From contig OZ253580.1 of assembly GCA_965263035.1 (NCBI GenBank), forward strand, positions 4,800,001-4,864,000: a stretch of DNA of 64,000 nt, in the 5' to 3' direction. Positions within the stretch are counted from its first letter, which is position 1; the number at the start of each line of letters is the position of its first letter. Made by a program: the position numbers and the translations under genes. Positions 1-10,472 of the stretch are shown here, piece by piece. The notes beneath the pieces were generated by a model. That model worked only from the letters and a program-made list of their open reading frames with translations, had not been told where the DNA came from and did no database searches. The DNA is from Acidobacteriota bacterium (GTDB lineage Bacteria > Acidobacteriota > UBA6911 > RPQK01 > JAJDTT01).

Positions 1-1543
1 ATTCGATGGTCAAGCCTTCCCCTGCCGTCAACGCCGTCTCCGGAATCTCCTTCCTGGGGATCCAGTCCCGGAGGGTCAGGGACCAGAGACGGAATTCGTA
101 GGTGACCGTGGGATCGCCGGGGTCGTCCCAGGTCACCTTTACGCGGCCCGGACCCACCCAGTTCGCCTTCAAGTTCAACACGTACAGGTCGGGCAGATGT
201 CTCAGCCGTGCGGGAACCGGTCCCGTCAATTGGTTGCCCAGATAGCTGAACTCCTGCAGGCGGGTCAGTCGGCCCAGCTCAGCCGGGAACGGTCCGGTCA
301 GCCGGTTGTGCTGGAGGTGCAACTGCCAGAGTCTGGTCAGTTGGCCCAGTTCCGGAGGAATCGACCCCGACAGTTGGTTGTTGTGGAGGTGCAACCACTC
401 CAACCGGGTGAGGCGACCCAGCTCCGGTGGGATCCGTCCCGTCAACAGGTTGTCGGAGAGGTCCAGGTAAGCCAGATTGGTCAATTGGCCGAACTCGGCC
501 GGGATCGGTCCCGACAACTGGTTGTGGGAGAGATTCAACGAACCGAGACGGGTCAATTGGATCAACTCCACCGGGATCGGTTCCGTCAGCCGGTTGTCGG
601 AGAGATTCAATCCTCCCAACCGGGCCATCCGGCCCAACTCCTTCGGAATCGCTCCCGTCAACTGATTCGACGACAGATCCATTGAGGACAGATTGGTCAA
701 CCGCCCCAACTCCTTCGGAATCGGTCCCGACAGACGATTGTCGTGAAGCTCCAGCCAGGTCATCCCCGTCACTTGCCCCAACTCCGGCGGGATTCGTCCC
801 GTCAGCCGGTTCGAGAAAAGGTGCAACACCAGCAATCGGGACAGTTGGCCCAATTCACCCGGGATCGGTCCCGTGAGCCGGTTCTCACCGAGCCGCATAC
901 TGTGTAGCCGGGACAGTTGCCCCAACTCTGCCGGGATCGGTCCCGTCAGTTGGTTGTCGGAGAGGTTCAACGCGTTCATCCGCGTGAGTTTCCCCAACTC
1001 GACTGGGATCCCTCCCGTTAGCTGGTTTTCGTAGATCCACAACTGCCCTAGCTGAGACAACTGGCCCAACTCGACTGGGATCTCTCCGGTCAGTCCGTTG
1101 GAGTTGAGCAGTAAACTCGTGAGCCGGGACAGTTGTCCAAGTTCTGCCGGGATCCCTCCCGTCAACTGATGGTCGGAGATATCCAAATACCGCAGATGGG
1201 ACAGTCGGCTCAGTTCCGGCGGGATCCGTCCCCTCAACCGGTTGCCGAAGATCTCAATCCTGGTGACGCGTGCCGGCGCCCCCGTGGCCCTGATTCCTTC
1301 CCAATCGTTAATGGGCAAACCCGCGTTCCAGTTCAGGGATCCAGCCCCGTCCAACTTGTCACGAGCGGCCAGCAGAGCTTTGCAGTCCTCGACCAGGCCG
1401 GGGTTGCTCTTCGGATTCGGCACCGCCCGGCCGTCGTCGCAGGCCTGCACCAGGGGATTTCCGGTCGTTAGAAGAAGAACGAGCGTGAGGATCCATCCCG
1501 CAGTGGAAGGAAACCATCCTCGCCAAGCCGTCGTGTTACTCAT
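1..1543 (-). CDS. Secreted plant-type leucine-rich-repeat protein, runs off the window edge
   Basis: Manual translation from ATG 1543: MSNTTAWRGW...LVLLLTTG signal, N-cap (LVEDCKALLAARDKL...NW...WEGI), then about 14-15 24-aa repeats of type LxxNxLTGxIPxELGQLSxL, then an FN3-like stretch (VKVTWDDPGD). The + strand ORFs here are shadows. Confidence 0.93.
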   Translation of the reverse strand, partial: MSNTTAWRGWFPSTAGWILTLVLLLTTGNPLVQACDDGRAVPNPKSNPGLVEDCKALLAARDKLDGAGSLNWNAGLPINDWEGIRATGAPARVTRIEIFGNRLRGRIPPELSRLSHLRYLDISDHQLTGGIPAELGQLSRLTSLLLNSNGLTGEIPVELGQLSQLGQLWIYENQLTGGIPVELGKLTRMNALNLSDNQLTGPIPAELGQLSRLHSMRLGENRLTGPIPGELGQLSRLLVLHLFSNRLTGRIPPELGQVTGMTWLELHDNRLSGPIPKELGRLTNLSSMDLSSNQLTGAIPKELGRMARLGGLNLSDNRLTEPIPVELIQLTRLGSLNLSHNQLSGPIPAEFGQLTNLAYLDLSDNLLTGRIPPELGRLTRLEWLHLHNNQLSGSIPPELGQLTRLWQLHLQHNRLTGPFPAELGRLTRLQEFSYLGNQLTGPVPARLRHLPDLYVLNLKANWVGPGRVKVTWDDPGDPTVTYEFRLWSLTLRDWIPRKEIPETALTAGEGLTIE

Positions 1544-1694
1544 CTTCTGTCCCTGAAGGCGAGAAATCGGAGAAAAGAGGCTCACGCCCGTCGGTTTGGA
1601 TGAAGATAACGCATGTTCGGTCCGGGCGAAATTCACAGGAGTTCCCCCAAAAAAATGGGGAAAGTCCTGGGAATTCGCTGTTGCCGGGGCAGAG

Positions 1695-1703
1695 TGGTAT
1701 AAT
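1695..1703 (+). promoter_or_regulatory. Extended -10 promoter element (TGgTATAAT)
   Basis: Perfect TGnTATAAT about 40 bp upstream of the 1742 gene, in a divergent intergenic region. Confidence 0.55.
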
Positions 1704-1741
1704 TCGAAATCGCTTCTCAGTCAACAACCGGAAAGCTCCGA

Positions 1742-3658
1742 GTGGTGAAACGCTGGCAACACCGCAACCGTCCCAGGTTCTCCGGACTCGGTTCGTTTTT
1801 CTTCGGGGTGGCCTGTATCGCGCTGTTGTGGTTTGTTTCGTCCACGGGCCGACTCCAGGCGCAATCCTCCGGCGATGAGGCCCTTCCCGAGCCGACGTTG
1901 ATCTCGGTCTTTCCTCCCGGCGGGCAGCAGGGATCCCGGATCGAACTCGAGATCCGGGGGGAAGCGCTGGACGGCGCCTATTCGGTTGTCTTCGGTTCCG
2001 TCGGCTTGGAGGCTCAGGTCGGTGAAGTCGAGAAGCTTGAGGCGCGGGAACCGGCGACGCCGTCTCCCAAGAAGAAATCGTACCCCCTCTTTCGAGTGAC
2101 GGCGCACCTCACCGTGGACTCGTCGGTTCCCGCCGGAACCCATCGGTTTCGCTTGGTTTCTCATCGAGGGGTTTCCAACGCGCTCCATTTCCGGGTCGAC
2201 GAAGACACCGTCACCAGCGAGATCGAAACCCCACATCCATCGGCCCGGCAGGCGCAGGAGATCGACCTCCCTGTCATCGTCAACGGCCGTATCGGCGAGC
2301 ATGGCGAACTGGACGCCTATCGGTTCGACGCGGTTGCCGGTCAGGAGCTGACCTTCGTAATCACCCAGGCCGCACACTTCGAGCCCCGGCTTGCCCTTTA
2401 CCGTCCGACCGGGAGCTGGCTCGATCCCGACCGTCCCACCCGGCTCCTTTTCCGGGAGCAGGTGTCTTCCGACCTGATTCCGGTTCGGCACCGTTTCTCC
2501 TACCGTGTGGCGGAGTCGGGACTCTACCTGTTGGAGGTTGCGTCGCTCTTGGGAAAAGGGGGCCCCGACTGTGGCTATCAGCTTCGGGTTCTGACCGCCG
2601 GCCCGGCTCCGCAGGCAACGTCTGAACCCACGTGGACCGAACGACACTTCACCCGGAAGATCGATGCCGATTGGACCGACCGTCTCCGATCCCGGACCGT
2701 CCTCCAGGAGCAGCCGCATTCCCAAGGCCGCGAGACGGCCACCGGGGCCGGCAGCCTGGCGGTCTCCCCGGATGCTACGCCGTCGGCGACGGATCGAACC
2801 CCCCAGGGTCTGGCCCGGCTGCTGGAGCGGGAGCCCAACGAGCTGCGCGGACAGGCGTTGCCGGCTTCCATAGGGGAGCTCATCGACGGCACTATCGGCG
2901 CCCCGGGCGACCGCGACACCTACACCTTCGAGGGGGAGGCGGGCACCCAACTGATTCTCGAGCTGGCGACGCCGCGGGTGGGGCCGCCCCATTTCAATCC
3001 GCGCGTGGAGCTGTACGAAGACCAGGGTGGTTCGGTGCTGGCCAACGTCCACAAGTATGGAACGATCTACAACGGCGGCGGTATTCCGAGTTCCTTCTTG
3101 AAGACGGTCGAACCCAAGATGGCCTACACGCTGGAGCGAAGCGGCCGGTTCTTTGTGGAGGTTCGCGACGTCACCTCGCGTTACGGCGGCCCGGACTACG
3201 AGTACCGGTTGCTGGTTCGAACCCCGATTCCCCATGTCGGGGCCTTCGACGTGGACCCCGTCGAACGCATCAACCTGGTCCCGGGAATAGCCAGAAAGCT
3301 GAGCATCGTCACTCACCAGGAAGAAGGCTTTGCCGGTGAAGTCCTCTTCGCCTGTTCCAACCTGCCGCCCGGTGTCCAGATCTTCCCGGGTGCCGATGTG
3401 GAGAAGAAGAGTTCCGCATCCGTCAGCAAACAGGAGGAAAGTTTCCTGCCCGGAATACAGAAGACGACCCTGGTCCTTCTGGCCGAACCGGATGCTCCGG
3501 TGACCCGCATGCCCGAGTGGATTCGGATCACCGCCAGACCCGTGGTCGGAGGACGGGTCGGCGCGGACCTGCCCGTCTTGGAAGTTCCGCTGATGGTGGT
3601 CGCACCGGCCGATCCGGAGAGCAACTCCGGGGAAGGGGACTCCCAATCGTCGTCATGA
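1742..3658 (+). CDS. Secreted PPC (pre-peptidase C-terminal) domain protein of DUF1501/DUF1549 clusters
   Basis: Signal peptide; SVFPPGGQQG start; repeated EREPN..A..L...GTIG.PGD.D.Y.F PPC motifs; ATGA overlap with next gene. Confidence 0.85.
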   Translation: MVKRWQHRNRPRFSGLGSFFFGVACIALLWFVSSTGRLQAQSSGDEALPEPTLISVFPPGGQQGSRIELEIRGEALDGAYSVVFGSVGLEAQVGEVEKLEAREPATPSPKKKSYPLFRVTAHLTVDSSVPAGTHRFRLVSHRGVSNALHFRVDEDTVTSEIETPHPSARQAQEIDLPVIVNGRIGEHGELDAYRFDAVAGQELTFVITQAAHFEPRLALYRPTGSWLDPDRPTRLLFREQVSSDLIPVRHRFSYRVAESGLYLLEVASLLGKGGPDCGYQLRVLTAGPAPQATSEPTWTERHFTRKIDADWTDRLRSRTVLQEQPHSQGRETATGAGSLAVSPDATPSATDRTPQGLARLLEREPNELRGQALPASIGELIDGTIGAPGDRDTYTFEGEAGTQLILELATPRVGPPHFNPRVELYEDQGGSVLANVHKYGTIYNGGGIPSSFLKTVEPKMAYTLERSGRFFVEVRDVTSRYGGPDYEYRLLVRTPIPHVGAFDVDPVERINLVPGIARKLSIVTHQEEGFAGEVLFACSNLPPGVQIFPGADVEKKSSASVSKQEESFLPGIQKTTLVLLAEPDAPVTRMPEWIRITARPVVGGRVGADLPVLEVPLMVVAPADPESNSGEGDSQSSS

Positions 3659-6240
3659 AGGTCCGGGTGTCCGATTGGATCACTTCCCAATGGAATCGAT
3701 GCGGGCGGAGGCCCGGCCCCATTCTCTGCTCGACGGTCATCGTCGTTTCCTCAGTCCTTGTTTGCGCGATGGCCGCCTTCGAGGCGCCGGCGCCGAGCCA
3801 CTCCCCGACACTGCTCGCTCTGAGATTGGTCCCGGAGCAGGCGCACTTGACGGGTCCGGAGGCTGCCCAGCGTTTCGTCGTCATGGGGACGTTCGCCGAT
3901 GGTCTGGAGAGGGATCTGACCTCGGACAGCCGGCTTCGAATTTCCGATCCTGAACTGGCGCGCGTGGGTGACGCCGGCAGGGTCGTCGCCCTGGCGCCGG
4001 GCGAGGTGACTCTCCGGGCCCGGATCGGGGGGCGCGAAGCCCAGTCCCGGATTCGAATCGATCCCGGCGCGGCTCAGAGACCCTTCCGTTTCGACCGCGA
4101 TATCGCCTCCATTCTGACCAAACGGGGCTGCAACGCCAGCGAGTGCCACGGCAGCGTCAAGGGAAAGGGAGGTCTCAAGCTCTCCCTCGACGCTCTCTAT
4201 CCGGAAGAGGACCACGAGTGGATCGTGAAAGGGGGGATCTACCAGGTCCTGGTCATGGAATCGGGCGGTCCGCGGGTGCCGCGCGTGAATCCGGAGCGTC
4301 CGGAGGAGAGCCTGCTGCTGCAGAAGGCCGCCATGCAGGTGATCCACGGCGGCGGTGAGCGCCTGGGCGCCGACTCTGCGGACTACGCCGCCCTTCTGGA
4401 TTGGATCCGGGAAGGGGCCGAATATGGCGACCGAAATGAAGATGGGCGGATAGTCCGGGTGACGGTCTTCCCGCAGGAATCCGTCTTGGACGGCAAGGGT
4501 GTACAGCAGCTTCTGGTGACCGCCTACGGACCCGACGGCCGTGGCGAGGACATCAGTCACCAGGCTCGCTACGTCTCCCAGAACCCCCACGTCGTGACGG
4601 TCGACGAAAACGGCCGGGTCACGGCCGCCGGGACGGGAGAGACCACCATCCTGGTCCGCACCGCCGGTCACGCCCTCAGCGCACGCTTCGGAGTCGTGGA
4701 TGCGTCGGCCCCAGTCGACTTCAGAATCGAGCCCCGCAATCTCATCGACGAGCACGTCTTCGCCAAACTGCGAAAGTTCCAGATCCGTCCTTCTGCGCTT
4801 TCCAGCGATTCGGAATTCCTGCGCCGCGTCTGTATGGACATCACCGGCACCCTGCCGCCGCCGGATCGCGTCCGGGAATTCCTGGCCGACCGCGACCCGC
4901 GGAAACGGGACAAGCTCATCGAGACTCTCCTGGACTCTCCCCAGTACGTGGACTATTGGAGTTTCCTGTTCGGGGACCTGTTCCGGGTGACCTACACCTC
5001 CGTGGGCTCGCTCAAGGAGGTCAAGGCATACGGCGACTGGGTCCGCAACGGCATCCTCCAGAACAAGCCCTACGACCGCATGGCGCGGGAACGTATCGCC
5101 GCTCAGGGGTACGCGGCTCCCACCCGTCACTTTTTTCGTTATACCGAACTGGTCGTGCCCCACGAGATCATGGCCGAGCAGGTCCGCGTCTTCATGGGGC
5201 GCCGGCTGGATTGCGCCCAGTGCCACAACCATCCCTTCGAGACCTGGAGCCAGGACCAGTTCTGGGGAATGACCGCCTTTTTCGGCAACGTCACGCAACT
5301 TCTGGATTCCCAATTGGTTTTCGACAATCCGGAGGGTGGGCGATCCTACGACTTGAAACGGGAGGGCATCAAAACCGTCCATCCACGCCGGAAGGAAGAA
5401 GTCCGGGCCGGGTTCCTGGACGGGTCATTCCCGACAGGGGAACAGGAGCGCGATCCGCGCCTGGCTCTGGCCGACTGGATCATCGCCCAGCCCGCCTTCG
5501 CCCGGACCGTCGTGAACCGGGTCTGGGGCTATTACTTCGGCCGGGGAATCGTGGACCCTGTGGACGATTTCAAGGTATCCAACCCGCCGACCCATCCCGA
5601 GCTGCTGTCGGCGCTGGCGGAAGACTTCGTGGAGCACGGCTACGACCTGAAGCACCTGATGAGGCGGATCGTCCGGTCGTGGACCTACCAGACTTCGGGA
5701 GTCCCCAACCGGACCAACCAGGAAGATGGAATCAACTATGCGCGGGCTTTGGCCCGGCCGTTGCAGGCCACCGTCCTGCTGGACGCCATCTCCCACGCCA
5801 CCGGGGTCCCGGAGGAGTTCCCGGTGCACCCCAAGACCGTGCGCACCGGCGCGGCTCGTCCGGGGGCCCGCGCCATCGACCTGATTCCCGAACTGTTTCC
5901 CTGCCATTTCCTCAACGTCTACGGACGGTCCATGCGCAAGTCGCTTCCGGAAAAGCCGTCCCTGACCTTGGCCCAGGCCCTGCACATGTGGGCGGGATCG
6001 ACTTATACGACCAAAATCACCCAGGAGGGCGGACGTCTCGACCGGGCGCTGCGGGAAGGCCTATCCGATGCCCGGATCATCGAAGACTTCTACCTGGCAG
6101 CGCTTTCGCGCTATCCGACCGAACGGGAAAGATCCGACCTGGAAGCGTATGTCCGAGAGGGATCCTCCCCGCGGCCGGAGCAACTGGCGAACCTGATGTG
6201 GGCCCTAATCAGCTCGCGGGAGTTTGCATACAATCATTGA
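3655..6240 (+). CDS. DUF1549/DUF1553 (PSD1) protein with two Ig-like domains
   Basis: GCNASECHG, EFLRRVCMDITGTLP, LDCAQCHNHPF, VNRVWGYYFGRGIVDPVDD, SREFAYNH; start set at the ATGA overlap. Confidence 0.92.
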   Translation: MKVRVSDWITSQWNRCGRRPGPILCSTVIVVSSVLVCAMAAFEAPAPSHSPTLLALRLVPEQAHLTGPEAAQRFVVMGTFADGLERDLTSDSRLRISDPELARVGDAGRVVALAPGEVTLRARIGGREAQSRIRIDPGAAQRPFRFDRDIASILTKRGCNASECHGSVKGKGGLKLSLDALYPEEDHEWIVKGGIYQVLVMESGGPRVPRVNPERPEESLLLQKAAMQVIHGGGERLGADSADYAALLDWIREGAEYGDRNEDGRIVRVTVFPQESVLDGKGVQQLLVTAYGPDGRGEDISHQARYVSQNPHVVTVDENGRVTAAGTGETTILVRTAGHALSARFGVVDASAPVDFRIEPRNLIDEHVFAKLRKFQIRPSALSSDSEFLRRVCMDITGTLPPPDRVREFLADRDPRKRDKLIETLLDSPQYVDYWSFLFGDLFRVTYTSVGSLKEVKAYGDWVRNGILQNKPYDRMARERIAAQGYAAPTRHFFRYTELVVPHEIMAEQVRVFMGRRLDCAQCHNHPFETWSQDQFWGMTAFFGNVTQLLDSQLVFDNPEGGRSYDLKREGIKTVHPRRKEEVRAGFLDGSFPTGEQERDPRLALADWIIAQPAFARTVVNRVWGYYFGRGIVDPVDDFKVSNPPTHPELLSALAEDFVEHGYDLKHLMRRIVRSWTYQTSGVPNRTNQEDGINYARALARPLQATVLLDAISHATGVPEEFPVHPKTVRTGAARPGARAIDLIPELFPCHFLNVYGRSMRKSLPEKPSLTLAQALHMWAGSTYTTKITQEGGRLDRALREGLSDARIIEDFYLAALSRYPTERERSDLEAYVREGSSPRPEQLANLMWALISSREFAYNH

Positions 6241-6349
6241 GGAACGGGAGCGGCGGCTTTCTTGCCGCCGGACTCCAATGCAACAATGGGCCAAATAAGG
6301 AACGGACGACCGCAACGTCGCCCCCCCAACGAGTAATGGAGAAGGAAAG

Positions 6350-7696
6350 TTGAAAGAATACCGGTGTTTCCAGTGCAGGCGGACCAAACTCGGGCGCCGC
6401 GACTTCCTCCGCGTAGGTTCCCTGAGCTTTCTCGGGATGAACGCCGGCGACCTCCTCAGTCTGGAGCGTCTCCAAGCGGCGGCCGGCGCCAAACCTCCCG
6501 CGGGCCAGGCTCAGGCCTGCATTCTCCTCTTCCTGGAGGGCGGCCCCAGCCAGATGGATACCTGGGATCCCAAGGGGAACACCAACTTCGGCTCCATCGC
6601 CACCAACGTCGACGGCATCCGGATCTCCGAACTCCTGCCCCGGACGGCCGGGCACCTGGACAAGCTCTCGCTGATCCGGTCCATGCGGACGCAGGAGACC
6701 AACCACCCCCAGGGGACCATCGAGTCCCTCACCGGCCATCGGCCCAGCCCCACCATGAAGTTCCCGGGGTTCGGCTCGATCGTGGCCAAGGAAATGGGTC
6801 CCCGCAACGGCATGCCGCCGTTCACCACGGTCCCCATGCCTTGGGAGAACGACTTCTACAACTACGAGGAGGCCTTCAAGGGCTCGTACATCGGCGCCGA
6901 GTACGACGCCATGGTCCTGCCGGACCCCAGCGGAGAGGAATATGTCGTACCCGACCTCCGGTTGCCCAAATCGGTCTCCGCCGCGGCCATCGAAGACCGG
7001 AAGACCCTGCTCAGCATCGTGGACCGGCATTACCGGGCCACCCAGGAGGTGGCCGAGTTCGGCAAGATGGACACTTACCGCGAGCAGGCACTGGGCATGA
7101 TCCTCTCGTCTCACGTCCAGAAGGCGTTCGACCTCTCCAGCGAATCAGAGAAGACCAGGGACGCGTACGGACGCCACCGCTTCGGCCAGAGCGTTCTGAT
7201 GGCCCGCCGCCTGGTGGAGGCCGGGTGCCGCTTCGTCACGGCGGCCGGTTACAAGCACGGGCAGTGGGACACGCACGGGAGCAACGACAAGCGGCTCAAG
7301 GAAGACCTGACCCCTCCCCTGGACCAGGCGCTCACCGCGCTGTTGGAAGATTTGGAACAGAGGGGTCTGTGGGAATCGACGGTGGTGCTGGTCATGGGTG
7401 AGTTCGGGCGGACTCCCCACATCAATCCCGGCCTGGGTCGGGATCACTGGCCCCACTGCTGGTCGTTGGCCCTGGGAGGCGGCGGTATCCAAGGGGGGCA
7501 GGTCATCGGCGTCAGCGACGACCGGGCCGCCTTCGTTGCGGAACGCCCGATCTCCATCGGCGACCTCTACGCCACCATCTACAAGGCGCTGGGTATCGAT
7601 TGGACCAAGACCTACATGGCTCCCGTTGGACGTCCCGTCTACATCGCCAACGGTTTCGACGACACCATGGGGCAGCCCATCCCGGAATTGATCTGA
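6350..7696 (+). CDS. DUF1501 domain protein
   Basis: RRDFL leader, LEGGPSQMDTWDPK, WDTH, GEFGRTP, RDHW. Confidence 0.95.
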   Translation: MKEYRCFQCRRTKLGRRDFLRVGSLSFLGMNAGDLLSLERLQAAAGAKPPAGQAQACILLFLEGGPSQMDTWDPKGNTNFGSIATNVDGIRISELLPRTAGHLDKLSLIRSMRTQETNHPQGTIESLTGHRPSPTMKFPGFGSIVAKEMGPRNGMPPFTTVPMPWENDFYNYEEAFKGSYIGAEYDAMVLPDPSGEEYVVPDLRLPKSVSAAAIEDRKTLLSIVDRHYRATQEVAEFGKMDTYREQALGMILSSHVQKAFDLSSESEKTRDAYGRHRFGQSVLMARRLVEAGCRFVTAAGYKHGQWDTHGSNDKRLKEDLTPPLDQALTALLEDLEQRGLWESTVVLVMGEFGRTPHINPGLGRDHWPHCWSLALGGGGIQGGQVIGVSDDRAAFVAERPISIGDLYATIYKALGIDWTKTYMAPVGRPVYIANGFDDTMGQPIPELI

Positions 7697-7709
7697 CGAT
7701 TCGCGCGTT

Positions 7710-10463
7710 GTGACCGCCGCTGATCGCCCCAATTCGCCCTGGCCGCTGGGCTCCTGTCCGACTCTGGCCCGATCCGTTCCGAAACGGATGCACGCGCTGA
7801 CCCTGTACCGGGACCGATACGGTCCGCCCCGGGACGTGGTCCGGCTGGAGCAGGTCGAGGTTCCACGCCTGCGCGCCGCCGACGCCCGGGGTGTCCTCGT
7901 ATCCGTGCTGGCCAGCGGACCCAACTTCAATACCAATTTTGCGGCTCTGGGGCTGCCGGTTCCCGTCTTCGCCCGGGGCGACAGCGCCACCCTGCACATT
8001 CCGGGAAGCGACGCCCTGGGCATCGTGGTGAATGCGGGCCCGGCGGTCCGGTCGGTGAAGGTGGGACAGGCCGTCATTCTCGATTCCTGGACGGGTCACA
8101 ACATCCGCGGCTACGAGACCCACGACGGCTTCAATGCCCAGTTCGCCCTGGTCGACGAAGAGCGCGCCATTCCGCTGCCCCCGTCCCTCGGCGGCCACAG
8201 CCCCGAGCAGCTCTCGGCCATGCTACTCACCTACGGCACAGCCTACCGCACCGTAGTCGAGCGTCTGGCCGTCGGTCCGGGAGATTCCATGCTGGTCCTG
8301 GGAGGCGGGAAGGGAACCAGCTTCGCCGCCGCACAACTGGGAAAGGCCCTCGGAGCCCGCGTCGTCCTGATGGGTTCGAATCCGAAGTTGGGCCGATCCC
8401 TCATCGAACGGGGAATCACCGACGCCTTCGTCGACCGGCGGCAGATCCCGGCCGAGGTCTTCGGCGTGGTCGACGTGGCGGAAGAATATGACCGGTGGTA
8501 CGCTCGGACTGAGCCCTTTCGCCGGATCGTGCTGGCCGCCAATCAAGGTCGTCCTGTGGACACGGTCTTCGAGCATACCGGGGGCGCCAACTTTCCTCTG
8601 CTGGTTTCGGTTCTCGGCCCGAACGGACGACTCGCCTTCTTCGGCGCCACCGGCCGGGGCCTCAAGGGCGAATACAAGGAGACCTTCTTCTACGACGGAC
8701 GGCGCTTCGTCATGGACGCCCGCTGGGTCTGGATGCGCCAGAAGCAGGTCCTCTTTCGGAGCGGGACCCCGGCGGAGATCTTCTCGGAGATCGGTCTGCT
8801 GCCGGGGCGAAGAGGGCTGGTCTGGGGCGCCGACCGGTACGCGCGGGATTTCGTCGAGGCCGCACTGCAGCGGCGGGCGGACCTGGCGGTGGTCGCCTCC
8901 CGTTCCCGGGAATCGGAAGGGCTGGCCGCTCTGTTCCGGATGGGCCTCACCGAGTCGCAGGTCATCGATCGCGATCGGTTCCGTCTACCCGACGACATGC
9001 CGGATCCCTTGACCGACGAGGGGACGCCGAATCCCGCCTACATGTCCGATTTCATGATGGACGCCCGGGCTCTGGGCCGGGCCATCTGGGGGGTCTTCGG
9101 TCCTCGGGTCAATCCGGACTTCATCGTGGAGCGGCCCGATCAGAGTACGCTGCACGTGAGCACATTCCTGCTGAGGGACCATGACGAGAAGGACGAGATG
9201 CCGTGCGGCGTCGTCGTCGCCCGCGGGTCGTCCGACCTGACCGTCTCCGGCTCCCACATGTATCGAGCGGCCCAGGCTCGGGAGACGGTCCGACTGCTGG
9301 CCCGGAATCGAATCGTCATGGACCAGGAGGACCTGGAGGTGGTGAGCCTGTCCGGACTGCCGGAGATCCAGCAGAAGATGCTGGACGGCACCATGGCGAA
9401 ACCCAAGGGGGTGGCGCTGGTCCAGGCGGACGCCGCAGGCCGGAGGATCTCCGACTACGAAGCCGAGTACCTGGGCAAAAAGCTCCGAGAGGCCGACCCG
9501 GAAAACGGCCGGTTCATCGCCTTGAGCCTGATCGACGAGGTAGGAATCCTCACACTCCAAAGGCCGGACGCCTTGAACGCTCTCAATCAGGAACTGCTAG
9601 ACCAGCTCGCCGGGTTGGTGGAAGAGGTCGAGAAGCACGGGTCCCTCCACGGAGAAAAGACGAGCGCCCTGATCCTGCGTGGCTCGGGACGAGCTTTCGT
9701 GGCGGGGGCCGACGTCCAGGGCTTCGTGGGCCGGGACGCGGAGGCCATCCGGCGTCTGGCAGCGGAGAACATGGCTCTCTTCCGGCGGCTGGAAACCCTG
9801 CCTCTTCCGGTGGTGTCGATCGTGGACGGCTTCGCGCTGGGAGGCGGCAACGAGCTGGCCATGAGCACCCACTATCGAATCGTCACTGAGAACGCGGTCA
9901 TCGGGCAGCCGGAAGTGAAGCTCGGCATCATTCCCGGATACGGGGGCATGCAGAGGCTGCCGAGGCTTATCGGTCCGCGGAGAGCCGCGGAGATGGCGGT
10001 CAACGGAGAATCGGTGGACGGACGCACGGCGGTGATGATCGGGCTGGCCCAAGAGTTCCATCCCTCCTGCACCGCCCTGGCCAGAGCGTTTCAGGTGGCC
10101 GGCGAGCTCCGGTCCGGGACGCATCGGCCCGAAGCGTCCGATTGGGATCGCCTCGCTGCCACCCACGGTCCCGAAATGGATACGCTCTACCAAAGCGAGG
10201 CCGTGACCACACTCTTGAATGCGCCGGCTCCCACCGGCAGGGGCGCGGAAGATCTGCGGGCCGCTCGCGAGTTCGCGGCCCGGTTGGCGCTGACGGCCCT
10301 GCGGTTCGGTTACGAGCACGGGTTCGCCCGCGGCATGGACAACGACGCGAGACTGTTCGGTGAAGCCGTGGCGTCGGCGTCCGGTCAGTGGTGGGTGCGG
10401 CGTTTTCTGGCGAAAGATCCCAGGCAGTCCACTTTCCTGACCTTGCTGGCGCCCGAGGTGTAA
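7710..10463 (+). CDS. Ccr/propionyl-CoA-synthase-type enoyl-CoA reductase fused to a C-terminal enoyl-CoA hydratase
   Basis: Ccr motifs GPNFN, HIPGSDA, GYET, GTAYR, VFEH, WVWMRQK, GSH; crotonase motifs AFVAGADV, GGGNE, GQPEVKLGIIPGYGG. Confidence 0.9.
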   Translation: MTAADRPNSPWPLGSCPTLARSVPKRMHALTLYRDRYGPPRDVVRLEQVEVPRLRAADARGVLVSVLASGPNFNTNFAALGLPVPVFARGDSATLHIPGSDALGIVVNAGPAVRSVKVGQAVILDSWTGHNIRGYETHDGFNAQFALVDEERAIPLPPSLGGHSPEQLSAMLLTYGTAYRTVVERLAVGPGDSMLVLGGGKGTSFAAAQLGKALGARVVLMGSNPKLGRSLIERGITDAFVDRRQIPAEVFGVVDVAEEYDRWYARTEPFRRIVLAANQGRPVDTVFEHTGGANFPLLVSVLGPNGRLAFFGATGRGLKGEYKETFFYDGRRFVMDARWVWMRQKQVLFRSGTPAEIFSEIGLLPGRRGLVWGADRYARDFVEAALQRRADLAVVASRSRESEGLAALFRMGLTESQVIDRDRFRLPDDMPDPLTDEGTPNPAYMSDFMMDARALGRAIWGVFGPRVNPDFIVERPDQSTLHVSTFLLRDHDEKDEMPCGVVVARGSSDLTVSGSHMYRAAQARETVRLLARNRIVMDQEDLEVVSLSGLPEIQQKMLDGTMAKPKGVALVQADAAGRRISDYEAEYLGKKLREADPENGRFIALSLIDEVGILTLQRPDALNALNQELLDQLAGLVEEVEKHGSLHGEKTSALILRGSGRAFVAGADVQGFVGRDAEAIRRLAAENMALFRRLETLPLPVVSIVDGFALGGGNELAMSTHYRIVTENAVIGQPEVKLGIIPGYGGMQRLPRLIGPRRAAEMAVNGESVDGRTAVMIGLAQEFHPSCTALARAFQVAGELRSGTHRPEASDWDRLAATHGPEMDTLYQSEAVTTLLNAPAPTGRGAEDLRAAREFAARLALTALRFGYEHGFARGMDNDARLFGEAVASASGQWWVRRFLAKDPRQSTFLTLLAPEV

Positions 10464-10472
10464 CCGGGGCCG

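Noticed and set aside
200-1250. 72-bp periodic repeats as a possible CRISPR or tandem array
   Set aside because: They are the coding LRR units on the minus strand; there are no unique spacers.
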